This document shows positions 37,968 through 48,730 of a stretch of 64,000 nucleotides of DNA, in pieces. Source of the stretch: Bacillota bacterium (GTDB taxonomy: Bacteria > Bacillota_I > Bacilli_A > Izemoplasmatales > Hujiaoplasmataceae); contig JAHIVB010000013.1 of the NCBI GenBank assembly GCA_018816905.1, forward strand, positions 108,880 through 172,879, in the 5' to 3' direction. How positions within the stretch are numbered: the first letter of the stretch is position 1; every line of letters starts with the position of its first letter. A program made the position numbers and the translations under genes. Below the pieces are notes generated by a model, which saw nothing but the letters and a program-made list of their open reading frames with translations, was not told where the DNA came from and did not search any database.

Positions 37968-38896
37968 AACACCTTTAGTTGATCTTTATAGTCTGCGACA
38001 GGTTCAAACAAGGATTCTATGACATCTTTCACACTTCTCATTTCATGAACCATTCCGCTGACTTGACCAGCCATGAATGAGCCTCTTTCAATGTCACCGT
38101 CAAAGACGGCCCTTCTTAAAGAACCTAGAGTCAATTTCTCCAATTCTTCCAGTGAAACGTTTTGTTTCGTCAATGCCATATATTCTCTTGCCATTGGGTT
38201 TTTAAGCACTCGAACCGGAGCACCGGTTTGTCTTCCGGTTACGATGGTATCGATGTCTCTTGCTTTTATGACCATATCTTTATAATTTTGATGGATTGGA
38301 CACTCAAATGTCGCAAGTAAAACAGTGCCGACCTGTACTCCTTTCGCTCCTAAAGCGAAAGCAGCAAGGACTTGTCTGTAATCCGCAATTCCTCCGGCAG
38401 CAATGACTGGAATGCTGACGTGATCTGCGACTTGAGGCACCAAAGCCATCGTTGTCAGTTCACCGATATGTCCTCCAGACTCCGTTCCTTCAGCAATCAC
38501 TGCGTCTGCACCAGCTCGTTCCATTCTTTGTGCAAGTGCAACACTAGGCACAACAGGAACAACCTTAATTCCCGCATTTTTCCAGGCTTCCATGTATTTT
38601 CCAGGATTGCCTGCGCCTGTTGTCACGACATCTACTTTTTCTTCAATAACCATTTGTGCAATGGCATCGACATGGGGATTCATCAGCATGATATTCACAC
38701 CAAATGGTTTATCAGTCAACCCTTTGCATAAGCGGATCTTTTCTCTAATGATTTCTGCATTGTCTCCACCGGAAGCAATTAAACCGAGACCTCCAGCGTT
38801 ACTGACTGCGGAGGCAAGTAAGTGGTTGGCAACGTTGGCCATTCCACCTTGGATGATTGGATACTTGATTCCAAATAACTCTGCTATGTTTTTCAT
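37964..38896 (-). CDS. fabK: enoyl-ACP reductase II FabK (FMN-dependent NPD family)
   Basis: N-terminal sequence YPIIQGGMANVAN...GGLG. 310 aa. Positioned within the fab operon. Confidence 0.85.
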   Translation of the reverse strand: MKNIAELFGIKYPIIQGGMANVANHLLASAVSNAGGLGLIASGGDNAEIIREKIRLCKGLTDKPFGVNIMLMNPHVDAIAQMVIEEKVDVVTTGAGNPGKYMEAWKNAGIKVVPVVPSVALAQRMERAGADAVIAEGTESGGHIGELTTMALVPQVADHVSIPVIAAGGIADYRQVLAAFALGAKGVQVGTVLLATFECPIHQNYKDMVIKARDIDTIVTGRQTGAPVRVLKNPMAREYMALTKQNVSLEELEKLTLGSLRRAVFDGDIERGSFMAGQVSGMVHEMRSVKDVIESLFEPVADYKDQLKVL

Positions 38897-38904
38897 GGGC
38901 TCTC

Positions 38905-39846
38905 CTAAAGTGTAATTCGAGCGGCTCCCCAGGTCAACCCGGCGCCGAATCCGACTAATATCAATGTTCTTTCTTCTTCACTTTTGTACAAATCCAAGTA
39001 CTCATCTAGCGCAATCGCAATCGACGCTGCCGAGGTATTTCCGTATTTATGTAAATCAACAAAGAAATGATCGATTGGCAATCCGAGTGATTTCGAAGCA
39101 CTTTGGATAATTCTTATATTGGCTTGATGAGGAATGATTGCCGCAAGGTCTTGGGGCTTCATTCCATCGAAATCAAGCAAGAGTCGAATGCTGGAATCTA
39201 TGGCTTTGGATGCAAACTGATATACTTTTTGTCCATCCATATGAACATATTCGTCGACATAGAGAATCAAGTCTTGATCTCCTCTGGAAGCGGTAAAGAA
39301 CAACCATGGTTTTGCATTTTTTGTTGGTTCTAAAATAACGGCACCTGCGCCGTCTCCGAAGAGTACGCAAGTGTTTCTATCTGTATAATCCGTGACTTTT
39401 GATATTTTTTCGCTTCCAATGACCAAAGCACTTTGATAATTTCCGGAAGAAAGCATCTGTGCAGCCACGTTTAAAGCATAGATGAATCCCGTACAAGCAG
39501 CATTGATGTCGAAAGCTGTTATCGGACGATCGTTCAGTCCTAGTTTTGCTTGAACGAAATTAGCCACATTTGGAGATTTATAATCGGGTGTAAACGTTGC
39601 GACAATGATCAAATCTATTTTTTTAATGTCATAATTCGCTTTTTCAATCGCGGCTAAAGCCGCTTTGGTTGCCAAATCTGAATTAGCTTCATTTTCTGCA
39701 ATTCTTCTTTCTTTGATTCCCGTTCTAGTCGTGATCCACTCATCCGAGGTATCGACGATTTTTTCAAGATCTGCATTGGTCAAGATTTTTGGTGGAGCAT
39801 AATGCCCTGTAGAGACCAAACGGATCTGATTTTGTTTAACGTCCAT
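38905..39846 (-). CDS. fabH: 3-oxoacyl-ACP synthase III FabH
   Basis: Contains DTSDEWITTRTGI and active-site cysteine motif INAACTGF. 313 aa. Confidence 0.9.
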   Translation of the reverse strand: MDVKQNQIRLVSTGHYAPPKILTNADLEKIVDTSDEWITTRTGIKERRIAENEANSDLATKAALAAIEKANYDIKKIDLIIVATFTPDYKSPNVANFVQAKLGLNDRPITAFDINAACTGFIYALNVAAQMLSSGNYQSALVIGSEKISKVTDYTDRNTCVLFGDGAGAVILEPTKNAKPWLFFTASRGDQDLILYVDEYVHMDGQKVYQFASKAIDSSIRLLLDFDGMKPQDLAAIIPHQANIRIIQSASKSLGLPIDHFFVDLHKYGNTSAASIAIALDEYLDLYKSEEERTLILVGFGAGLTWGAARITL

Positions 39847-39873
39847 ATGAACCTTCCTTTTCGTAGTTGAATT

Positions 39874-40677
39874 TTACCCCTGATATTGGCCGAATTTACG
39901 ATATCTTTGATACCTTTTTTCCAATAATTCTTCGATTTGTATTTGCCGAAGTTTCTCGATTTCAGTCGACAATTCCGTTTTAAGCAATTCAAAAGTAGCA
40001 AGATAGCTTGTGTGAAGTCCTTCTTCAGGTTCTTCAATGATTTTATCAATCATTCCAAATTTCAAAAGATCTTTTGAAGTCAGTTTCATGTCTTCAGCAG
40101 CTTCTTTGGCAAGCGATGCGTTTTTATATAATATCGACGCAAACCCTTCTGGAGATAAAATCGAGTAGGTTGCATTTTCAAACATCCATACTTGATCAGC
40201 AATTCCAATCGCCAGTGCTCCTCCTGATCCGCCTTCACTCAAAATGACGCTGATAATCGGCGTTTTGAGGTCAAAGTAAGATTGAATGGATTTTGCAATG
40301 GCATTTGCTTGTCCTCGTTCTTCCGCTCCGATTCCGGGATAAGCTCCTGGGGTATCGATGAAGAATAAAACTGGGCGATGAAATTTCTCCGCTTGTTTTG
40401 CCAGTCTTAATGCTTTATGATAACCTTCGGGATGGGGCATCCCGAAGTTATGTTTTATTTTTTCTTCCGTCGTTCTTCCTTTTTCTTGATAGATGACCGT
40501 GACTGGTATCGAATTGAGAGAGGCAATTCCTCCCACAATCGATGGGTCGTCCTTAAAATGCTGATCACCATGAAGTTCAAGAAAATCCGGGAAAACGGAT
40601 TGAACCAGGAGTTGACAGGTCGGTCTTTTAGGATGCCTTGCAAGTTGAACCTGTTCCCATGCCGTTCTTGTCTTCAT
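39874..40677 (-). CDS. accA: acetyl-CoA carboxylase carboxyltransferase alpha AccA
   Basis: Carboxyltransferase alpha signature FIDTPGAYPG..AEERGQ. Confidence 0.9.
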   Translation of the reverse strand: MKTRTAWEQVQLARHPKRPTCQLLVQSVFPDFLELHGDQHFKDDPSIVGGIASLNSIPVTVIYQEKGRTTEEKIKHNFGMPHPEGYHKALRLAKQAEKFHRPVLFFIDTPGAYPGIGAEERGQANAIAKSIQSYFDLKTPIISVILSEGGSGGALAIGIADQVWMFENATYSILSPEGFASILYKNASLAKEAAEDMKLTSKDLLKFGMIDKIIEEPEEGLHTSYLATFELLKTELSTEIEKLRQIQIEELLEKRYQRYRKFGQYQG

Positions 40678-40679
40678 CG

Positions 40680-41549
40680 CTAGCTCCTTGAATGGAAATG
40701 AAGAAGCTTCACAATTGTTTTTTTCATTTCTTTTCTTTTCACTACTAAATCAAGCATTCCTTTTTCTAGTTGAAATTCTGCCGTTTGAAAGCCAGCGGGT
40801 AAGTCTTGGCCTATCGTTTGTTTAATGACTCTCTGCCCTGCAAAACCAATCAAAGCGCCTTCTTCTGCGATGTTGATATCTCCTAACGTCGCAAAGCTAG
40901 CCGCAACACCACCCGTTGTAGGATGGGTCAAAACACTAATGTATAATAGTCCTGCTTGATTGTGTCTGCTCAATGCAGCACTCGTTTTCGCCATTTGCAT
41001 CAAAGAAAATATTCCTTCTTGCATCCGGGCTCCGCCTGAAGCGCTATAGATGATTAAGGGTAGTTTGTATTTGGTCGCAAACTCGACAAGTCTCGTTACT
41101 TTTTCGCCAACGACGCTTCCCATCGAGCCCATCATGAAATGACTGTTCAGAGCACCGATTGCGACTTTATGGTTGTAAATCGTCGCAGTTCCAGACACAA
41201 AAGCTTCCAACTCGTTGCTTTCATCTTGATACTTCTTGATCTTCTCGTTGTATCCATCAAAAGAAAGCGGATTGGAAGTCATCAAGAAAGCGTCTAATTC
41301 TTGAAAAGTACCTTCATCGATTGTCATCTCAATTCTCTTTCGAGCGGTCAATGTGAAATAATGTCCACATTGCGGACATACATAATATGAAGATTCTAAA
41401 TCTTTTGTATATATCAACTCATTACATCCATCACACTTGACAAACAAGTGATCGGGAATGCTTATTTTAATTGATAAATCCGATTTGTTTCTGTACGTTT
41501 CCTTGAAGGATTCTCTTTTCAGTCGATGTTGTTCAAAAAAATTATCCAT
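40680..41549 (-). CDS. accD: acetyl-CoA carboxylase carboxyltransferase beta AccD
   Basis: N-terminal Zn ribbon CDGC...CPQCGHY followed by the carboxyltransferase beta domain. Confidence 0.9.
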   Translation of the reverse strand: MDNFFEQHRLKRESFKETYRNKSDLSIKISIPDHLFVKCDGCNELIYTKDLESSYYVCPQCGHYFTLTARKRIEMTIDEGTFQELDAFLMTSNPLSFDGYNEKIKKYQDESNELEAFVSGTATIYNHKVAIGALNSHFMMGSMGSVVGEKVTRLVEFATKYKLPLIIYSASGGARMQEGIFSLMQMAKTSAALSRHNQAGLLYISVLTHPTTGGVAASFATLGDINIAEEGALIGFAGQRVIKQTIGQDLPAGFQTAEFQLEKGMLDLVVKRKEMKKTIVKLLHFHSRS

Positions 41550-42897
41550 TTTGTTCCTCCTCTACGACTTTCTGAATAAATTTGGTGTCATAGATCCCTT
41601 TGACAAATTCTGCGTTATGCATTAGGACGTATAAAAAATCTATGTTTGTCACAATTCCGTCGATGATGAACTGTTCTAGAGCTACTCTCATTTTCCTGAT
41701 GGCTTCTTTTCTCGTTGGTGCATGTACAATCAACTTCGCAAGCATCGAATCATAGAACGGAGGTACAATGTATCCCCCATAAATATGAGTGTCAAGACGA
41801 ACGCCGTTTCCACCCGGGAATACGATGTTTTTGATTTTGCCTGGAGAGGGTCTGAAGTTTGCGGTTGGGTCTTCCGCGTTGATTCTACATTCGATCGTAT
41901 GTCCCTCGAAAACAACTTCTCTTTGTTTAAAAGATAGTTCGTTTCCATAAGCCACTTTTATTTGTTCCTTGACAAGATCGATTCCGGTTTGAAGTTCCGT
42001 TACCGGGTGTTCCACTTGTATTCTGGTATTCATTTCAATGAAATAGAACTTTCCTTCAGGATCAACCACAAATTCAACGGTTCCCGCATTGGTGTAGCCT
42101 ACCCCTTTTGCAAGGCGAATTGCGGCTTGACCCATTGCTCTACGAAGCAAAGGAGTCATCACAGGTGATGGCGATTCTTCAATCACTTTCTGGTTTCTTC
42201 TTTGCATCGAGCAATCTCTTTCACCAAGATGTACGACGTTTCCGAAAGAATCTCCGATCACTTGTATTTCAATATGTCTTGCACTTTCGATAAACCGTTC
42301 CAAATAAACGGAATCATCCCCAAAGTTTGCCTTCGCTTCCATTTGGGTCTGATGATAGGCTTTTGCAAAGTCTTCGGACTTCTTGACAATCATCATTCCC
42401 TTACCGCCACCGCCACTCATCGCTTTAATCAACACGGGGTATCCGATTTTATCCGCAATCCTTTGACCTTCATCGACCGACTGGATAATTCCTTCAGAGC
42501 CTTCGATGATTGGGATATGAAATTGTTTTGCCATTTTTCTTGCGGTTGATTTGTTTCCAAGAAGGGCGATAACATCACTTTTCGGTCCAATGAAATGGAT
42601 GTTACATTCTTCAATGATTTTTGCAAATTTCTCATTTTCTGACAAAAAACCGTATCCTGGATGAATCGCATTGCATCCCGTGGAGATAGCCGCGCTCAGA
42701 ATTCGGTTGATATTTAAGTATGATTCATAGCTCCGGTCTCCACCTATGCAAATCGACTCATCTGCAAATTTGACTTGCAGACTGTCAGTGTCTGCTTTTG
42801 AATAGACCGCGACTGTTTTAATTCCGAGTTCCTTGCAAGCCCTGATGATTCTTAATGCAATTTCGCCGCGGTTGGCGATTAATACTTTATTCTGCAT
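41542..42897 (-). CDS. accC: biotin carboxylase AccC
   Basis: Start MQNKVLIANRGEIALRIIRAC. ATP-grasp fold. 451 aa. Confidence 0.95.
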   Translation of the reverse strand: MQNKVLIANRGEIALRIIRACKELGIKTVAVYSKADTDSLQVKFADESICIGGDRSYESYLNINRILSAAISTGCNAIHPGYGFLSENEKFAKIIEECNIHFIGPKSDVIALLGNKSTARKMAKQFHIPIIEGSEGIIQSVDEGQRIADKIGYPVLIKAMSGGGGKGMMIVKKSEDFAKAYHQTQMEAKANFGDDSVYLERFIESARHIEIQVIGDSFGNVVHLGERDCSMQRRNQKVIEESPSPVMTPLLRRAMGQAAIRLAKGVGYTNAGTVEFVVDPEGKFYFIEMNTRIQVEHPVTELQTGIDLVKEQIKVAYGNELSFKQREVVFEGHTIECRINAEDPTANFRPSPGKIKNIVFPGGNGVRLDTHIYGGYIVPPFYDSMLAKLIVHAPTRKEAIRKMRVALEQFIIDGIVTNIDFLYVLMHNAEFVKGIYDTKFIQKVVEEEQNG

Positions 42898-43321
42898 CGT
42901 CGATGGTTACCAATACCTGATCAAATCCAATCGCGTCTCCATTTTTGGCTTTAATTGCCAAAATCGTACCTGAAACGGGAGCGGTAATCTCATTCATGAT
43001 TTTCATCGCTTCGATGATACAAAGTGTATCTCCTTTTTTCACTGCGTCACCCACTCTGATAAATGGTTCTGCGTCGGGACTGGATGCGGAGAAAAAAGTG
43101 CCTACCAAAGGACTTTTGACGTCATGACCTTTAATCGGTTCAACCTTTTGAGTTTCCATAAATGGATCTTGAATGTATTCGGGCTTGGAATAGACTGGTG
43201 TCTGTTTGTGTGGAACTTCTTTTGACATTTTGACTTTGATGTCTTCAATTTCAAGTTCCAGAGACGTCAGTGAAGATGCTTCAAAGTCTTTGATGATTTG
43301 AAGTACGTCTTGATATTTCAT
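42887..43321 (-). CDS. accB: biotin carboxyl carrier protein AccB
   Basis: Biotinyl-lysine motif IEAMKIMNEI near the C-terminus. Confidence 0.9.
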   Translation of the reverse strand: MKYQDVLQIIKDFEASSLTSLELEIEDIKVKMSKEVPHKQTPVYSKPEYIQDPFMETQKVEPIKGHDVKSPLVGTFFSASSPDAEPFIRVGDAVKKGDTLCIIEAMKIMNEITAPVSGTILAIKAKNGDAIGFDQVLVTIDDAE

Positions 43322-43390
43322 CTGAGTTCTCCTATTCTATGTGTGGATTTATAAAAAATAGACGACTGCATCGTCTATTTTTAGGTGCAA

Positions 43391-43615
43391 TTAAAGATTG
43401 TTTTCTAAGAAATTCATAATGTCGCCAACTGTTCTCAAGTTCGATGCGACATCTTCAGGAATGGTTACGCTGAATTCTTCTTCAATCGTCATTACTAATT
43501 CTACAGCGTCAAGGGAATCAGCTCCCAAATCGTCTTGTAGGTGTGTTTCTCTTTTGATAGCTGCTTTTGATACACTGAGTTCATTCGCGATTAAATCTTG
43601 TAATTTTTCAAACAT
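43391..43615 (-). CDS. acpP: acyl carrier protein
   Basis: DLGADSLDAVELVM with the phosphopantetheine-attachment Ser; 74 aa. Confidence 0.9.
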   Translation of the reverse strand: MFEKLQDLIANELSVSKAAIKRETHLQDDLGADSLDAVELVMTIEEEFSVTIPEDVASNLRTVGDIMNFLENNL

Positions 43616-43823
43616 TGTTGCCTCCTATGAGTTCTTAAGCTGAATATTTGATTATTTTGGATGTTTCATTTCTCCTATTCTTTTGAATAGTTTGAAGTTC
43701 AAATAATCTATCAACTAGTTTATCACACACTACCTATTTGTCAATCATCTACCCATGATTTTTACAGAAATTTCACGTGATAGCGGTTTCAAAAATGATT
43801 ATTTAAGTATTAACCGTTTAGTG

Positions 43824-43837
43824 AATGAACGTTCATT
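43824..43837. promoter_or_regulatory. perfect palindrome AATGAACGTTCATT upstream of acpP/fab-acc operon
   Basis: The 14-bp inverted repeat lies about 200 nt upstream of acpP in a 390-bp AT-rich leader. It is a candidate operator for an unlinked fatty-acid regulator. Confidence 0.3.
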
Positions 43838-44007
43838 TTTATTACTTTAGTAATATCTACAAATGTTAATTGTTTGTTCTGTTATAAAATCGATTTTTTA
43901 ATTAGCGGATATCACTTAATAATGCTTGATTGAATCGTATTCTTGTTTTTTAAAATCATTGTAAAAAAAAGACAAAATATCTCATTGACATTTCGTCTTC
44001 CATAAAC

Positions 44008-45720
44008 TTATACTTTCCAATGTTTCTTTAGAAAATGAGCAATCATTTTTGGTTGACGTTCTCTTGTAAAAACGCCTTTCTTATTTCCTATAAAACGTGT
44101 CAATCCTTGTTTCGTCATAAAATCCGCAAAGTTCCACACATGTTCTCCTATCACAAAATCAAGACTGGATACGACTTTTGTGTATTCTTCGATGAAATCA
44201 ACCTGGAATTCTTCTGAAAAAGCGAGGCTTGGTAAAGTATGAACACCCGCAATCGTGTCAGCGCCAAATTCACTTAATAGAATCGGCTTATGAAAGCGAT
44301 CATGGTAATCTGTAAGCACTTTTTTTAGTTGTGAAGATATGACGGACAAATCTGCGAAATCCGTATACCATCCAATATATCGATTCACTCCGATGACATC
44401 GACAAGAGATGCCACTAAATTATCATTTGCGCCTACCCATTCAACGATGGTTAGCGGTAATTTTGTTAGAAGTCGTGTATACTCAACCAAGGACTTAAAA
44501 TAGGGATAAGCGCCTTCTTCGTGTGTATTGGCTTCATTTGCAAGTGAAATCATGATGACCGATGGATGAAAACGATCTCGTTCAATTAAAGCTTTCACTT
44601 CTCTTTTATGCTCTTCCAAAGTCAGATCATTAGCGACATCAATTGAATATACTTTTCTAGAACTCCAAAAATTGAAACCAACCGCAGGGACTTCATCGAT
44701 AATCAAAACCCCATATCGATCCGCCAAATCATAAATTTCTTCCGCATAGGGATAGTGACTTGTCCTGAATGAATTAGCGTTAATCCACTTCATTAATTCA
44801 AAGTCACGAAGATTGACGGATGATTGATTCGCTTTTCCTGATAGAAAGAAATCTTCGTGTTTTCCAAACCCTTTCAAGAATATCCTTTCGCCGTTCAAAA
44901 GGAAATGATCCTCTTTTACTTCAACTGTTCGAAGCCCAATCGAGACGGTATATTCATCTGTCTGAGTCTGTATTTTCAAGCGATACATTTGTCCTTTGCC
45001 AATCCCCCAAAGAAGTGGATTTTCAACGTATAATATTTCGTTTAATACCGTTGATTCAGACACGATTTGACCGAAAGGATCGGTTAAAGTCGCGTTTACA
45101 AAAACACCTTGAGTTTGTAATGTATACTGGATTTGAGCTCTATCATGAAAGATTTGATAGTCTACGAAGATATCCTCAATCGGATTGATTGGAAGCGTAT
45201 AGAGTAGTACATCTCTATGGATACCCGCATAATTGTAAAAGTCGTAATTGATGATTTGCTTATCCACTCCATTATGCTTGATGATTTCACCCATTGGTAA
45301 GGATTGAAAATCAAGTCGGTTGTCAACCAAAATCGTTATTCGAATTTGTTTTTCCAATTTTAAATTCTCAGGAACCAGAAAATCCATCGGAAGAAAACCG
45401 CCCTTGTGCGTTCCAATCCATTGGCCATTGCAAAATACCCTTGTTTGATGGCTCGCACTTCCAATCCGTAGACGGATGGTTTCGTTCTTGATCATATCAG
45501 GAACGTTGATTATTTTTTCATAAGCGACAACGCCCACATAGTCTCTAAAATCAGTGGTAACTCCAATATCGTTATAACTTGAAGGAACTGCCATCAATAG
45601 CGGTTCTTTGAGCGGTTCTGTCGGTTGATATTCCTCATGGACAAATGCGAAATTCCATATTCCGTTTAACGATATGACCGTTCTGAATTGATTCATCATC
45701 GGATATAGCAAAGTAATCAC
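44008..45720 (-). CDS. glycoside hydrolase family 2 beta-glucuronidase/beta-galactosidase-like
   Basis: 570 aa with GH2 sugar-binding, Ig-like and TIM-barrel regions. The acid/base region NEANTHEEG matches NEP/NEA of UidA-like enzymes. Confidence 0.75.
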   Translation of the reverse strand: MITLLYPMMNQFRTVISLNGIWNFAFVHEEYQPTEPLKEPLLMAVPSSYNDIGVTTDFRDYVGVVAYEKIINVPDMIKNETIRLRIGSASHQTRVFCNGQWIGTHKGGFLPMDFLVPENLKLEKQIRITILVDNRLDFQSLPMGEIIKHNGVDKQIINYDFYNYAGIHRDVLLYTLPINPIEDIFVDYQIFHDRAQIQYTLQTQGVFVNATLTDPFGQIVSESTVLNEILYVENPLLWGIGKGQMYRLKIQTQTDEYTVSIGLRTVEVKEDHFLLNGERIFLKGFGKHEDFFLSGKANQSSVNLRDFELMKWINANSFRTSHYPYAEEIYDLADRYGVLIIDEVPAVGFNFWSSRKVYSIDVANDLTLEEHKREVKALIERDRFHPSVIMISLANEANTHEEGAYPYFKSLVEYTRLLTKLPLTIVEWVGANDNLVASLVDVIGVNRYIGWYTDFADLSVISSQLKKVLTDYHDRFHKPILLSEFGADTIAGVHTLPSLAFSEEFQVDFIEEYTKVVSSLDFVIGEHVWNFADFMTKQGLTRFIGNKKGVFTRERQPKMIAHFLKKHWKV

Positions 45721-45823
45721 TCCTTATGAAGATTCATGATAATACAAGTATACCTTAAATTGAGTTTATAGTAAACAAACTGATTGGAAAGAAAAAAGCA
45801 CTGAACGAGTCAGTGCTTGATTA

Positions 45824-47056
45824 CTAAATGACAAAATTACCGTTTTCAAATACTTTAACGAGTGTTCCGTCTTTCATTTTTCCTACAATCGTCATGTCAG
45901 AACTTCCAAACATAAAATCCGTATGTGACATGGAATAATTGTATCCAAGTGCTTTAAGTTCATCGAGCGACAAATCATTTCCGTTTTTAACATTCATTGG
46001 AAACGCCATTCCGAGCGCTAGATGGCAAGATGCATTTTCATCAAAAAGCGTATTCAAAAACAATATATTCATATTCGAAATCGGAGATTGATGCGAAATC
46101 AAGGCAACTTCACCGAGGTAACAACTTCCTTCATCAAAATCGATCAGACTTTTCAGTGCGTCTTCTTCTTTTTTTGCGCCATATTCAACGACTTTTCCGT
46201 CTTTGAATATCATCCAGAAATCATCAATCAATTTTCCTTGGTAATTCAAGGGTTTCGTAGAAACGACTTTCCCTTGTGTACCGAATTTATAAGGCATTGT
46301 GAATGTTTCTTCGGTCGGGATGTTTGGATTGAAATAAACACCAGAAGGTGTGGTTTCTCCCCCGCCTGCCCAAACATGGTTTTCAACGAGTTGAACAATC
46401 AAATCCGTCCCGAGACTGTTTGTAAAATGAAGCGACTCAAATTGCATTTCGTTCAGTATCTTATTATGCGTAGTGAAGGTTTTATTATGATTGTTCCACT
46501 CTTCAAGAGGATCTGTGTCTTCATTCACTCTACACGCCATAAAGATTGCGTCCCACATTTTTTTTATCGCATCTGCTTCATCCAAATCTGGAAAGACTTG
46601 TTTTGCCCAATAAGCATTCGGATAAGCGATGATGGTCCATTGAGCTTTGTTTCCCATCATGTAATTACGGTAGAAAACAAGTTCTTTTTGAACTGCGATT
46701 TGTGCCCTTTGCATTTTCGATGCGTCGATGTCTTTATTTAACCCTGGAATGGGTGAAGAGATATTGATAAAACAAGCCCCTTGATCGACGAACATATGAT
46801 ACTCTTCGATAAACCATGAAGGAACGGTTTCAAGTGTTTCTAAGCTCATGTGTTTATACCCCGATTTAGATACGAAGTCATCACTCCACTCCACTTGAAC
46901 TCTTTTCGCGCCAGCAAGATAGGCCTCTTCGACAATCAGTCTCACAAGTTCCTTCGTTTCAGTCGAGGCTCTAACGACAACCAATTGGTCTTTTTGAACG
47001 TTCGCTCCACTGACGACAGCCAATTTTGCATATTTCTGTAATAAGTTTAGATTCAT
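45824..47056 (-). CDS. M29-family aminopeptidase (AmpS/PepS-like)
   Basis: Start moved to MNLNLLQKYAKL (RBS AAGGAGAG); thermophilic-metalloprotease (M29) family. Confidence 0.8.
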   Translation of the reverse strand: MNLNLLQKYAKLAVVSGANVQKDQLVVVRASTETKELVRLIVEEAYLAGAKRVQVEWSDDFVSKSGYKHMSLETLETVPSWFIEEYHMFVDQGACFINISSPIPGLNKDIDASKMQRAQIAVQKELVFYRNYMMGNKAQWTIIAYPNAYWAKQVFPDLDEADAIKKMWDAIFMACRVNEDTDPLEEWNNHNKTFTTHNKILNEMQFESLHFTNSLGTDLIVQLVENHVWAGGGETTPSGVYFNPNIPTEETFTMPYKFGTQGKVVSTKPLNYQGKLIDDFWMIFKDGKVVEYGAKKEEDALKSLIDFDEGSCYLGEVALISHQSPISNMNILFLNTLFDENASCHLALGMAFPMNVKNGNDLSLDELKALGYNYSMSHTDFMFGSSDMTIVGKMKDGTLVKVFENGNFVI

Positions 47057-47097
47057 TCCATTCACTCTCCTTAAAATCAATTCTAACATAGGGTTGT

Positions 47098-48453
47098 TTA
47101 TTCCGCAATTGCCAAATTCTTAACCCAATGCTCTTTTTTGTATCTTGATACAGCGAAAAACATCTTGGGAATGTCCATCAGCTGTACAATCAGGAATAAT
47201 AATGTAATCGGAAGACTGGTCAGTCGAGATAACAAGATTGCGATTGGGACGGAGACAACCCACATATATCCTGCATCCATCATTAAAGTGCTTCTGGTAT
47301 CTCCTCCAGAACGAAGGGTAAAATACATCGCAACGTTAAAAGAATACACGGGTATGAAAATACCGTTGATTCGAATCACGAACTTCGCTATTTGTTTTGT
47401 TTCTTCGGTGACATCATAAATTCCCAGAATGAAGAAACTTAAGACGATTAAAATAATCCCGGTTAAAAATGCAAATATAACTGCAAACGTGACGAGTTTC
47501 ATCGCATTCTCTTTTGCTTCTTTTAATTCATTTCGACCGAGAGTGTTACCAACCATGACGGCGACGGCGGTTCCGATTCCTCCAAAGGTAATGAATACAA
47601 GTTGAGAAATCGCACCGGCTATGTTCATTGCGGCCAGTGCATTTTCGCCTCTTGTTGAATAAGCTTGTAAAAACATGGCTTGTCCGGTAGACCACAAGGT
47701 TTCATTTAATGTAAGGGGAATGGCCATTAATACAATGGCCCATAACACAGTTTTATCTATTTTGAACAAGGATGTTATTTTTGTCGAAAAATGTTGACCT
47801 CTTTTCAGTAATAACAAAAACATTAATCCAAATTCAACAAATCGTGAAATCAAAGTCGCAATCGCCGCTCCAGTAATTCCAAGTTCTGGTGCGCCAAATT
47901 TACCAAAAATCAAAATGTAGTTAAGGACTGTATTTGTAATAATCGCAACGATTGAAATAGTAAGCAAAGGCTTGGTGATTCCTGTCTCGCGGAATGAGTT
48001 TGAAATGGCGACCGAGATTGCCCAAGGAAACATACTCCACTTGATGATACTATAGTAATCGACACCATATGAAATAATTTGAGGGTTGGTGGTAAACTGA
48101 GCCATAAGTAATTTACCTAAGAATGTAAAAACAAGAAAACTGAACAATGCAATTGAAAGTCCAATCAATAATTTGAAACGAAAAGTTTGTTTTAATTTTG
48201 GATAATCTTTCGATCCGAAGTATTGAGCGGTATAAACACCTGCACCACCCATTGCACCAAAGGTAATCAATATCACCACAAAAAACAGTTGATTGACAAC
48301 TGATACACTTCCGATTGCCAACTCACCTAGTTTACCTACCATCACATTGTCTACCAGTTGTACTGATGATGTAATGAGTTGTTGGACAACGATTGGAGCG
48401 GCGACGATAAAAAGATTCTTATAAAATGCTTTGTCTCCGAATAGTCTTTTCAT
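47098..48453 (-). CDS. MATE-family multidrug/oligosaccharidyl-lipid efflux transporter
   Basis: 12-TM profile. Start moved to MKRLFGDKAF (RBS AGAGGA). Confidence 0.8.
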   Translation of the reverse strand: MKRLFGDKAFYKNLFIVAAPIVVQQLITSSVQLVDNVMVGKLGELAIGSVSVVNQLFFVVILITFGAMGGAGVYTAQYFGSKDYPKLKQTFRFKLLIGLSIALFSFLVFTFLGKLLMAQFTTNPQIISYGVDYYSIIKWSMFPWAISVAISNSFRETGITKPLLTISIVAIITNTVLNYILIFGKFGAPELGITGAAIATLISRFVEFGLMFLLLLKRGQHFSTKITSLFKIDKTVLWAIVLMAIPLTLNETLWSTGQAMFLQAYSTRGENALAAMNIAGAISQLVFITFGGIGTAVAVMVGNTLGRNELKEAKENAMKLVTFAVIFAFLTGIILIVLSFFILGIYDVTEETKQIAKFVIRINGIFIPVYSFNVAMYFTLRSGGDTRSTLMMDAGYMWVVSVPIAILLSRLTSLPITLLFLIVQLMDIPKMFFAVSRYKKEHWVKNLAIAE

Positions 48454-48730
48454 GAAGAATGTCCTCTTAAAAAAAATACCGGGTTCAGTGATGCAACTCG
48501 GCATTTACTCTTTAATGATATTGTACTCTAAAGTGGGGATAAACTCAACCAAAATCGCTTATAATCTAATAAAGTATATACTCAAGTTTTTTTATGCAAA
48601 ATGAACAAAAAATGTTCGAATTGTGTCTATTTTATTGATAATTTAAGGATTTTTCATGAATTGTCTTTTCTTCATAAAGAAAATATGCTATTTTATTTTT
48701 ATATATTACAAATTTTGGAGGATAATAAAA

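Noticed and set aside
46022-46741. 239-aa plus-strand ORF antisense to the M29 aminopeptidase gene
   Set aside because: Fully embedded antisense in a well-supported CDS, with Cys/Phe/Ile-rich low-complexity translation typical of AT-rich antisense frames. No RBS.
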